Positions 28,401 to 38,800 of a stretch of 64,000 bases of DNA are shown one piece after another. The stretch comes from Eledone cirrhosa. Taxonomy: Eukaryota. The notes beneath the pieces were generated by a model, which searched no databases, was not told where the DNA came from, and saw nothing but the letters and a program-made list of their open reading frames with translations. Where the stretch lies: contig OZ024740.1 of assembly GCA_964016885.1 (NCBI GenBank), positions 15,686,001 through 15,750,000 of the forward strand, in the 5' to 3' direction. The first letter of the stretch is position 1; each line of letters starts with the position of its first letter. Both the position numbers and the translations under genes were made by a program.

Positions 28401-29445
28401 TGGGTTCTATCAAGGTTGACCATGCAGGTCACTAGTTTGTGATCTGAATAGGCAACCATGAACATTTGTGGACAGCTTAACATGTCCCTATCCTTATTTC
28501 TAACTAGAACCCTATCTAGGTACGATCTAAATGTTCCGCTAAGATTAGTCCACGTCCACAGTGGCACAGTCGGAAAATCTAGTCGATATCTATCGGCCAG
28601 GTCAAATCGGCCGATTAACTGTTTGAGGCTGTTACACCCCCCTCTATTGGGACATGCTCCCACATAGTCCCAACGTGCATCTAGGATTCCATTCCAGTCC
28701 CCCACTAAAAGCAAGGAGCGGGACGTTCCCAGAAAAGTTTCTAGACGTTTGAAGAAGTCTGGCCGCCTTCACTACCGTCAACGTCTAGGACCACCAGTCG
28801 ACCCTCCGGGTCCAGATGTACTGTCTGTGTTACGAGGTCCAGGTGTTTCCGCAGCAAAACGGCAACCCCGCCCCCACCTCCCGGCCGACAGAGAGATGCG
28901 TAGATCTCAAAGTCATCGAAGATGGGGGCCAGCTGTCGCTCGCTGTGGATCCTGGACTCGCAAATGGCTACTACATCCATACTATGTGACCTGAGGTCGT
29001 TTAAGAGTTTGCCCTGTTTCCAGGGCATCCCCAGGCTGCATACATTCACACATCCAACTCTTATATTGGCCATATTGGTTCTGAAAAGTTAAAAGAAGAG
29101 AAGAAAACACTCACCTCTTCGTCTCCCGGGGATCAGGCCGCACGGTTTCCATGGGGGTGTTAGAGGGGTTGTCTGGGTGGGTGGTGGTTTCCGGCCGGGT
29201 GGGGACGGAGATATTTGGTGGGGTGGGGGTCTCTGGGGTGAGGGTGGGGAAACTTTTTAAAAGGACGCAGTTAATGGCTTTAACACAAGGATTACCCACG
29301 TCTTTAGGAAAGTTTTCCTTTAAAGACTTATAGGTCTCCGTTTAAATTAAGTTTGTCTACACAGTTTTAAAAAGTTTTCCCTTCGGTTTTCACCGAAGAG
29401 TCGTTGGAGATGACCTCCATTAAAGTTTTGTTTTTACTGTTTATG
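25461..29445 (-). mobile_element. Tx1-clade (L1 group) non-LTR retrotransposon, 5'-truncated and decayed: ORF1 3' remnant, frameshifted ORF2, 3'UTR
   Basis: ORF2 starts at 29073 (MANIRVGCVNV...AICESR). Motifs: APE GDWNG, SYLDR, SDH; RT KSPGLDGLPYEFY, NFRPITL, RQGCPLS, AYADD; C-terminal CPRC..EETVAHAFIHC knuckle. The 3' end is CCCTGTGGCTAATAAAGAAAC at ~25462-25483. Confidence 0.9.
25699..29073 (-). pseudogene. Disrupted Tx1 ORF2 (endonuclease + reverse transcriptase + CCHC)
   Basis: Split across ORF-track pieces 28741-29073, 27233-28714, 26910-27320, 26324-26953, 25981-26490 and 25699-25971. An apparent small deletion lies near 28765, where the expected VYAP-type motif is missing. Confidence 0.88.
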
Positions 29446-29454
29446 TATATTGAC

Positions 29455-29680
29455 CTAATATATAGAGTTGTAGATACAGACGACATATATTTAACATAGT
29501 ATATAGAGTTGTTATAGAAACAGATTATATATATTAACATATTATATAGAGTTGTAGATACAGACGACATATATTTAACATAATATATAGAGTTGTAGAT
29601 CCAGACATATATATTAACATAATATATAGAGTTGTAGATACAGACGACACATATTTAATATAATATATAGAGTTGTTGTA
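29455..29680. repeat. ~41-bp minisatellite, right part (continues at 30020-30095)
   Basis: Same unit as 25075-25460. Confidence 0.88.
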
Positions 29681-29681
29681 A

Positions 29682-29850
29682 AAGGCGGCAAATTGGCAGA
29701 GTTGTTAGAACGCCGGATACAATGTTTTGTAGTATTCATTTCGACTCACTGCTCTCTCAGTTCAACGTTGCCTTTCAACTTTGCCTTTCATGCATCCATG
29801 GTCGCTAAAGAAGTACCAGCCAAATACTGGGGTCGATTCTTCCTCTATAT
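29682..29850 (+). mobile_element. tRNA-derived SINE, degenerate
   Basis: AAGGCGGCAAATTGGCAG head, then CTTTGCCTTTCAT..GGTCG..AAGTACCAG..TACTGGGGTCGAT core shared with other SINE copies in the window. Confidence 0.75.
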
Positions 29851-30149
29851 CTCTTTCTTAATTCCTTTCTCGCACTCTCTCTATCCTTCTCTAGAAGAAA
29901 TTTACTGCATTTATGCCCGAATAGAAGATGGCTCCACTAGACCTTTTAAAAAAATGCCCGAGAAACGCCGTATGTCAATATGGCGCCCCTACAACTCCCC
30001 GGGAGTTACGAGTCCATACCATATATAGAGTTGTTGTAAAAACAGACGACACATTTCTAAAATAATATATAGAGTTGTAAAAACAGACGACATAATGTTA
30101 ACTATTCACGTAGAATAACATAGATGGTGATGTATAATTTTACAAAAAG

Positions 30150-30444
30150 CTCTTCTCTCTCTTTTCTCTCTCTCTCTTTCTATCCTCTCTCTCTCTCTCT
30201 CTATTCTATCTCTCTCTCTATTCTATCTCTCTCTCTCATTCACTTTTCTCTCCCACTCTCATTCCCTTTCACCCTTTATCTCACTCTTTCTAGGTTTCTC
30301 CTACTTTCTCTCATTCTCTTCTCTCAGACACCTTACATAGAAACACACACACACACACACTCACACATACACTCACACTAACTCATACATACACACACAC
30401 ACTAACTCATACATACACACACACACTAACTCATACATACACAC
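30150..30444. repeat. (CT)n and (CA)n low-complexity tract
   Basis: Direct reading. Confidence 0.9.
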
Positions 30445-30638
30445 AGAATTGTAGAGTGTCGGACACCATGCTTTGCGGCATAGAGTTATGTCTCTACGTT
30501 CAGAGTTCAAATCCTGCCGAGGTTAGCTTTACCTTTCATCCTTACGGGGTCAATAACATAAAGTACCAGTAATGTACTGAGATCGATTTAATTGACTTGC
30601 CCCTCCCCTAAAATTGTTGGTCTTGTGCCTAAGTCTGA
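30445..30638 (+). mobile_element. tRNA-derived SINE
   Basis: B-box GAGTTCAAATCC, core CCTTTCATCCTTACGGGGTCAATAA..AAAGTACCAG, tail TTGTGCCTAA. Confidence 0.85.
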
Positions 30639-30802
30639 CACGAATGGTTTGACATCTTCCGTGTTGAACTGTTTGGTGTAGAACTCCTTTCTCTACGTAT
30701 TGAGTACATTCCACTGAGTGAAGAGGAAACCTCGTATATTTGAAATAGTGAAAAGGTAGTTTCTACTTGATGACCTTTGAAAGACATTCATTGAACACAT
30801 GA

Positions 30803-31528
30803 CAAACACACACATACACACACACACACACACGGGCACATATATACACACGCACATACACACACACGCGCACATACACACACAAACGCACATACACACA
30901 TACGCTCATACATATACATCCCCCTCCCCCCACACACGCATACGCCCCTCCCCCCACACACACATACACTCCCCCACACAAACATACAACCCACACACAC
31001 ATACACCCCACACGCACATACACCCCACACGCACATACGCACACACACACACATACGCACACATACATATCCCCCTCCCCACGCACATACGCACACACAC
31101 ACATACACTCCCCCACACACACATACCCCCCCACACACACCTCACACGCACATATGCACACACACACATATATATATACCCCCACACATATACGCCCCCC
31201 ACACACACACACACACTCCGCCACCCACACATACACCCACACCCACACGCATATACCCCCCCCCCCCCCCCCACACACACACATACCCCCACCCCCTCAC
31301 ACATACCCCCCCACACATACACATACACCCCCCACACACACACATACACCCCCCACACAAACACTCCTCCACACACACATATACTCCGCACACATAAACT
31401 CCCCACCCACACATACACCCCCCACACACATACACTCTCCCCCACACACACATACCCCCCCCCACACACACACTCCCCCAACACAAATACACCCACACAC
31501 ACAATGACCCACGCCCCACACACACACA
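30803..31528. repeat. C/A-rich compound microsatellite (CA repeats with C-runs)
   Basis: Direct reading. Confidence 0.9.
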
Positions 31529-31605
31529 ATATTAGTTGGTAAAAAAGGAAATACATTTATTTATTCGTCTTCACAACTGAAGAGATTCTAACAAAATAAC
31601 ACAAC

Positions 31606-31888
31606 ATAAATAAATAAATAAATAAATAAATGAATAAATAAATAAATAAGTAAATGAATAAAAAAGTAAATAAATAAATAAATAAATAAATAAACAAATA
31701 AATAAACAAATAAATAAATAAATAATTTAAATAAACAAATGAATAAATAAATAAATTAATAAATAATTAATATAAATAAACAAATAAATAAATTATATTA
31801 ATAAATTAATAAATAAATAAACAAACAAACAAACAAACAAATAATATGAAGAAACAAATAAATAAATAAATAAATAATATTAATAAAT
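31606..31888. repeat. (AAAT)n/(AAAC)n microsatellite
   Basis: Direct reading. It abuts the 3' tail of the minus-strand SINE. Confidence 0.92.
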
Positions 31889-32066
31889 AATTGTTTCTAC
31901 TTTAGGCACAAGGCCAGCAATTATCCAGTGCATTACTGGTACTTTATTTTATCGACCCCGTAAGGATGAAAGGCAAAGTCAACCTCGGCAGGATTTGAAC
32001 TCAGATCGTAAAGGGACGTAACTATGCTACAAAGCATGGCGTCCGACCCTCTACCGATACTGCTAA
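31889..32066 (-). mobile_element. tRNA-derived SINE, reverse orientation
   Basis: Reverse complement of the same core: CTGGTACTTTATTTTATCGACCCC..GGATGAAAGGCAAAG..GGATTTGAACTC. Confidence 0.88.
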
Positions 32067-32274
32067 TATAAATAATATAAATAAATAATATAAATAAAAT
32101 TTGAAAATTTCCTATTTTTTCTGTTGTCATTTCAGTTCTAGATTATTTCATAAACTCCATCTAAATATGGAAGACGAAAACTAGTTTTGGAATGGAGAAA
32201 TTTCTACAAAAATCTAAATTCTATACCCCCCAGTTCCACGCCACACCCTACACACAAAATAGATATATTGTGTT

Positions 32275-32395
32275 ATTTTCTTTTATTGTTTTCATTTTAT
32301 TTAGTTTTATTTCATTTTATTTAGTTTTATTTCATTTTATTTAGTTTTATTTCATTTTATTTAGTTTTATTTCATTATTTCATTTTATTTCATTG
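32275..32395. repeat. 20-bp T-rich tandem repeat (TTCATTTTATTTAGTTTTAT)n
   Basis: Direct reading, ~4-5 copies. Confidence 0.85.
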
Positions 32396-32569
32396 TTTTA
32401 CTGGTGTTTACCAATTTAGACAATGGTCGAAGAGTGGTGGACAGCTTCTGAAGAATTCATTGAGATTCAGCTTTACCAATTCCAACAAAACAACTCGCTC
32501 AAGGCGGCAACGAAATTATATTAAATAAAATTTAATATAATTCTATTTAGCAAGCCGGTCGTTTCTAAG

Positions 32570-33167
32570 TCTGTGTGTATGTGTGTATGTAATGTGTGTG
32601 TATGTGTGTATGTGTGTGTGTGTGTGTAGGCATGAGTGTGTATATATGCATGTGTGTATGTGTGTATGTAGGCATGTGTGTGTATAGATGTATGTGTGCA
32701 TGTGTGTATGTAGGCATGTTGGTGTATAGATGTATGTGTGTATTTGTGTGTGTAGGCATGTGTGTATGTAATGTAGGCCTGTGTGTGTATGTAGGCATGT
32801 GTGTGTAGGTATGTGTGTGTATAGATGTATGTGTGTATGTGTGTGTAGATGTATGTGTGTATGTGTGTGTAGATGTATGTGTGTATGTGATGTAGGCATG
32901 TGTGTGTATTTATACATCTGTGCGTGCAAGTATATATGCATGCATGAATATTTGTATGTATGTATGTATGTATGTATGTATGTATGTATGTATGTATGTA
33001 TGTATGTATGTATGTATGTATGTGTGTATATATGTGTGTATGTATGTATGTATGTATGTATGCATGTATGTATGTATGTATGTATATATGTATATATGTA
33101 TGCATGTATGTATGTGTGTGTGAATGTATGTGTAAATGTATTTCTTTGTCTATGTATGCGTTAGCAG

Positions 33168-33198
<31 letters not shown>

Positions 33199-33321
33199 GG
33201 TGGTGGTGTGGTGGTGTTGTTGTTGTTGGTGGTGGTGGTGGTGGTGGTGTTTGTGGTGGTGGTGTTGTTGTTGGTGGCGGCGGCAGAGATGGTAGTTGTG
33301 GAGAGAGAGAGAGGGGGAGAG

Positions 33322-33377
<56 letters not shown>

Positions 33378-33708
33378 GAGAGAGAGAGAGAGAGAGAGAG
33401 AAAGGGAATGTGAGACGCCACTAGAGAAAATTAGAAAATGACATTTTGTGTGCAGGTATGTTGTATATGCGTGTGGGTGAGGGGAATGTGTGTGTGTACG
33501 TGTGAATGTGTGTGTATGTGAAAGAGTAAGCGCGAAAAAAGAGATGTGTAAAAGAGAGAAGACCGAAGTATGTCTGTGTAGCAGAGAGAGAGGGGGGATG
33601 ACGAAAGAAAGAGAGAGAGGATGATGAGAGAGAGAGAGAGGATGAAGAGAGTGAAAGTGAGAGAGAATGAGGAGAGAAAGAGTAGAGAGAGAGAGAGAGA
33701 GAGGAGAG

Positions 33709-33776
<68 letters not shown>

Positions 33777-33780
33777 TGTT
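32570..33780. repeat. Compound microsatellites: (TG/TATG)n, (GGT/GTT)n, (GA)n
   Basis: Direct reading. Confidence 0.92.
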
Positions 33781-34026
33781 GACAGACATGTTGACAGACA
33801 GACAGGCCGCAGATAGACAGACAGAACGGGAGACAATCGCGGAACAGCAACCGGAAATACCAAAGCAACGGCAACCATCTTGTAAACACTATAAGCTAAC
33901 ATGAGAACAAATGGAACGGATGTGAGTCATAAGTTGAAGCAACGAACACTACCACACTACTAGTTACTCTCAATCAAAGTGTCGCCATTTTATTATGTGT
34001 AGCTTCTATCAATAATATATGTTTAG

Positions 34027-34200
34027 TGGACACAGCACGGCCAAATGACAAAGAAATTCGTTTGGCTATTATAAGACACCGTGTTCCGTCCTACTCCGTG
34101 GTATATTGGGCAAGTACCAAAGACTCGGAATTGACCTAAACCTTTTTAGTAAAATTGAATTAATGGAAACTTTAAATACTCGTAGAAAGAACTGTGTGTG
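34027..34200 (+). mobile_element. Highly degenerate second SINE family copy ending in (TG)n
   Basis: tRNA-like head remnant, CGTGG..TTGGGCAAGT motif and GGAAACT..(TG)n tail. Resemblance to an octopus SINE is recalled from memory and not verified. Confidence 0.45.
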
Positions 34201-34544
34201 TTGGTGGTGGTGGAGGGGAGGAGAATATGTCACTGTTGGATCTTAATACTCAGTTTTCGGCAAAATAGTGTTTATTTGGTGTTGTAGAGAGAAACATTAC
34301 AGCATTGCCTCAGTGTAAAACAATACAGTATCAACAAGTATAGGGATGCAGACAAACTACACGAATCTAGAATATTCTCTGCCACCATGAAGACTGTTGA
34401 TACTGCGCTATGCTTCTATTATGCTAATGCTATATTAATGTTATGCTAATGACATACTAATGACATGCTAATGACATGCTAATGTTATCTTAATGTAAAC
34501 ATCCCACATACAAATTGTTATCCTGATAGCCCTTTGAAATTTCC

Positions 34545-34720
34545 TGGTAGGCCACGAGCCAACAAAAGAGACTTTATGTGGTCACTCTACCTGCTAGAAG
34601 TAGCAGCTAAACCTCTCAAACCACAACCTATAATCTTTTTTTCTTAATGGACACATTGGATAATGTAATCTGCTTGAAAACAAGACGAGTTGGTCACGGC
34701 TGGAATGCTTTTTGATCTGA
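34545..34720 (+). mobile_element. Probable interspersed repeat fragment
   Basis: GTGGTCA..ACCTGCTAGAA.TAGCAGC..GGACACATTGGATAATGTA..GGTCACGGCTGGAATGC motifs resemble a common octopus interspersed repeat (recall only). Confidence 0.4.
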
Positions 34721-35051
34721 TAGAATTTCAGATCGTGTAATTACGTTGCAAACTTCTTAACATTTTTCAATGCAAATACACTGAATATAACATCTATATC
34801 AAGTGTGTGTGTTAGTGTTCTCCCCCCCCTCTCTCACTACCTCCCTCTCCTCGCTCTCCTCATCTCTCACCATTATAAGCAAATGGGAGCCCATGTGTTG
34901 GCCGTCCCGTGATCTCGGCGGACAGAAGGCGTTTCCCCGGAGAAGGAGGAGGAGGAAGAAGAAGACATATTGGAGGAACCATTTCAACTTGCAACTGTTC
35001 GGCCATGCTGCGTCCATCTCAATAGTAAGGGTTCCATCTGTACCATTAAGA

Positions 35052-35272
35052 TACGAGGGTGGGCTGAAAAGTTCACAGGCTGACTATGAAGAAGTGATGC
35101 TAGAGCTGTGAAATCTTGTATGCATAAATTTCTACTATTCGTTGTTTCTTTCTAGATACTATATTGAAAAAATAAACTTCATTTGGTCATTCCATGAGAG
35201 TATCTTGGTCGGCCTACAAACTTTTCAGCCTATGGACGTTTCAGCCTATGGACTTCACAGCCAATCCTCGTA
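35052..35272. mobile_element. Mariner/Tc1-type MITE with TA target duplication
   Basis: Left end TA|CGAGGGTGGGCTGAAAAGTTCACAGGCTGAC. Right end GTCGGCCTACAAACTTTTCAGCC...CAGCCAATCCTCG|TA, with an internal CAGCCTATGGAC duplication. Confidence 0.78.
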
Positions 35273-35398
35273 AGACTATCTCCAGTCGTAACATATGGAG
35301 GACTCTGTAGTATTGGACTGCAATCTAACAAATCCTCACTTTTTGTAAATCTTCGAAAACTTCTAACAAAAGAAAAACAAACATTATCTCTTCTTCTT

Positions 35399-35817
35399 AA
35401 CGCGGTGAATTGACAATATCGGTAAAGGGTTGGACGCCATGTTTTCCAGCATAGTTACGTCCTTTTACGGTCTGAGTTCAAATCTCGCCGAAGTTAACTT
35501 TGCCTTTCATCCATACAGGGTCGATAGATTAAAGTACCAGTAATGTACTGGTGGTGATTTAATCGAATTTCCCTTCCACCAAAATTGCTGGCTTTGTGCC
35601 TATATTAGAAACCATTATTATGGACGATCAAGGGCGGTGAATTGGCAGTATCGGTAAAGGGGTGGACGCCATGCTTTGCAGCATAGTTACGTCTTTTTAC
35701 GGTCTGAGTTCAAATCCTGCCGAGGTTAACTTTGCCTTTCATCCTTACAGGGTCGATAAAATAAAGTACCAGTAATACACTGGGATAATTGCTGGCCTTT
35801 TGCCAAAAGTAGGAACA
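35399..35817 (+). mobile_element. Tandem dimer of tRNA-derived SINEs (35399-35620 and 35630-35817) flanked by a 16-bp TSD
   Basis: A-box-like GCGGTGAATTG and B-box GAGTTCAAATC in each monomer. Direct repeat ATTATCTCTTCTTCTT at 35383-35398 and 35818-35833. Confidence 0.88.
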
Positions 35818-35849
35818 ATTATCTCTTCTTCTTGTTCACATATTTATTC

Positions 35850-38800
35850 CTGAGAGGGTCGTGGGGGCAGAGTCTTCAAACACTACTTCCTGTGGGACCT
35901 GTGAGGGTCGTGGGGGCAGAGTCTTCAAACACTCCTTCCAGCGGGTGCTGAGAGGGTCGTGGGGGCAGAGTCTTCAAACACTCCTTCCTGTGGGTGCTGA
36001 GAGGGTCGTGGGGGCAGAGTCTTCAAACACTCCTTCCTGTGGGACCTGAGAGGGTCGTGGGGGCAGAGTCTTCAAACACTCCTTCCAGCGGGTGCTGAGA
36101 GGGTCGTGGGGGCAGAGTCTTCAAACACTCCTTCCTGTGGGTGCTGAGAGGGTCGTGGGGGCAGAGTCTTTAAACACTCCTTCCAGCGGGTGCTGAGAGG
36201 GTCGTGGGGGCAGAGTCTTCAAACACTCCTTCCAGCGGGTGCTGAGAGGGTCGTGGGGGAAGAGTCTTCAAACACTCCTTCCTGTGGGTGCTGAGAGGGT
36301 CGTGGGGGCAGAGTCTTTAAACACTCCTTCCAGCGGGTGCTGAGAGGGTCGTGGGGGCAGAGTCTTCAAACACTCCTTCCAGCGGGTGCTGAGAGGGTCG
36401 TGGGGGCAGAGTCTTCAAACACTCCTTCCTGTGGGTGCTGAGAGGGTCGTGGGGGCAGAGTCTTCAAACACTCCTTCCTGTGGGACCTGAGAGGGTCGTG
36501 GGGGCAGAGTCTTCAAACACTCCTTCCAGCGGGTGCTGAGAGGGTCGTGGGGGAAGAGTCTTCAAACACTCCTTCCTGTGGGTGCTGAGAGGGTCGTGGG
36601 GGCAGAGTCTTTAAACACTCCTTCCAGCGGGTGCTGAGAGGGTCGTGGGGGCAGAGTCTTCAAACACTCCTTCCAGCGGGTGCTGAGAGGGTCGTGGGGG
36701 CAGAGTCTTCAAACACTCCTTCCAGCGGGTGCTGAGAGGGTCGTGGGGGCAGAGTCTTCAAACACTCCTTCCTGTGGGACCTGTGAGGGTCGTGGGGGCA
36801 GAGTCTTCAAACACTCCTTCCTGTGGGACCTGTGAGGGTCGTGGGGGCAGAGTCTTCAAACACACCTTCCTGTGGGTGCTAAGAGGGTCGTGGGGGTAGA
36901 GTCTTCAAACACTCCTTCCTGTGGGTGCTGAGAGGGTCGTGGGGGCAGAGTCTTCAAACACTCCTTCCTGTGGGACCTGAGAGGGTCGTGGGGGCAGAGT
37001 CTTCAAACACTCCTTCCTGTGGGTGCTGAGAGGGTCGTGGGGGAAGAGTCTTCAAACACTCCTTCCTGTGGGTGCTGAGAGGGTCGTGTGGGCAGAGTCT
37101 TCAAACACTCCTTCCTGTGGGGGCTGAAAGGGTCGTGGGGGCAGAGTCTTCAAACACTCCTTCCAGCGGGTGCTGAGAGGGTCGTGGGGGCAGAGTCTTC
37201 AAACACTCCTTCCTGTGGGACCTGTGAGGGTCGTGGGGGCAGAGTCTTCAAACACTCCTTCCAGCGGGTGCTGAGAGGGTCGTGGGGGCAGAGTCTTCTA
37301 ACACTCCTTCCTGTGGGTGCTGAGAGGGTCGTGGGGGCAGAATCTTCAAACACTCCTTCCTGTGGGTGCTGAAAGGGTCGTTGGGGCAGAGTCTTCAAAC
37401 ACTCCTTCCAGCGGGTGCTGAGAGGGTCGTGGGGGCAGAGTCTTCAAACACTCCTTCCTGTGGGTGCTGAGAGGGTCGTGGGGGCAGAGTCTTCAAACAC
37501 TGCTTCCTGTGGGTGCTGAGAGGGTCGTGGGGGCAGAGTCTTCAAACACTCCTTCCAGCTGGTGCTGAGAGGGTCGTGGGGGCAGAGTCTTCAAACACTC
37601 CTTCCAGCGGGTGCTGAGAGTGTCGTGGGGGCAGAGTCTTCAAACACTCCTTCCAGCGGGTGCTGAGAGGGTCGTGGGGGCAGAGTCTTCAAACACTCCT
37701 TCCAGCGGGTGCTGAGATGGTCGCGGGGGCAGAGTCTTCAAACACTTCTTCCAGCGGGTGCTGAGAGGGTCGTGGGGCAGAGTCTTCAAACACTCCTTCC
37801 TGTGGGACCTGTGAGGGTCGTGGGGGTAGAGTCTTCAAACACTCCTTCCTGTGGGACCTGTGAGGGTCGTGGGGGCAGAGTCTTCAAACACTCCTTCCAG
37901 CGGGTGCTGAGAGGGTTGTGGGGGCAGAGTCTTCAAACACTCCTTCCTGTGAGACCTGAGAGGGTCGTGGGGGCAGAGTCTTCAAACACTCCTTCCTGTG
38001 GGACCTGAGAGGGTCGTGGGGGCAGAGTCTTCAAACACTCCTTCCTGTGGGTGCTGAGAGGGTCGTGGGGGCAGAGTCTTCAAACACTCCTTCCTGTGGG
38101 TGCTGAGAGGGTCGTGTGGGCAGAGTCTTCAAACACTCCTTCCTGTGGGTGCTGAAAGGGTCGTGGGGGCAGAGTCTTCAAACACTCCTTCCAGCGGGTG
38201 CTGAGAGGGTCGTGGGGGCAGAGTCTTCAAACACTCCTTCCTGCGGGTGCTGAGAGGGTCGTGGGGGCAGAGTCTTTGAACACTCCTTCCTGTGGGTGCT
38301 GAGAGGGTCGTGGGGGCAGAGTCTTCAAACACTCCTTCCTGTGGGACCTGTGAGGGTCGTGGGGGCAGATTCTTCAAACACTCCTTCCTGTGGGACCTGT
38401 GAGGGTCGTGGGGGCAGAGTCTTCAAACACTCCTTCCTGTGGGTGCTGAGAGGGTCGTGAGGGCAGAGTCTTCAAACACTCCTTCTAGCGGGTGCTGAGA
38501 GGGTCGTGGGGGCAGAGTCTTCAAACACTCCTTCCTGTGAGACCTGAGAGGGTCGTGGGGGCAGAGTCTTCAAACACTCCTTCCTGTGGGACCTGAGAGG
38601 GTCGTGGGGGCAGAGTCTTCAAACACTCCTTCCTGTGGGTGCTGAGAGGGTCGTGGGGGCAGAGTCTTCAAACACTCCTTCCTGTGGGTGCTGAGAGGGT
38701 CGTGTGGGCAGAGTCTTCAAACACTCCTTCCTGTGGGTGCTGAAAGGGTCGTGGGGGCAGAGTCTTCAAACACTCCTTCCAGCGGGTGCTGAGAGGGTCG

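Noticed and set aside
29693-30028. 111-aa ORF
   Set aside because: It overlaps a degenerate SINE and low-complexity sequence, with no recognisable protein motif.
35399-35817. A-box/B-box motifs as tRNA genes
   Set aside because: No cloverleaf can be formed. The motifs belong to the heads of repeated SINEs.
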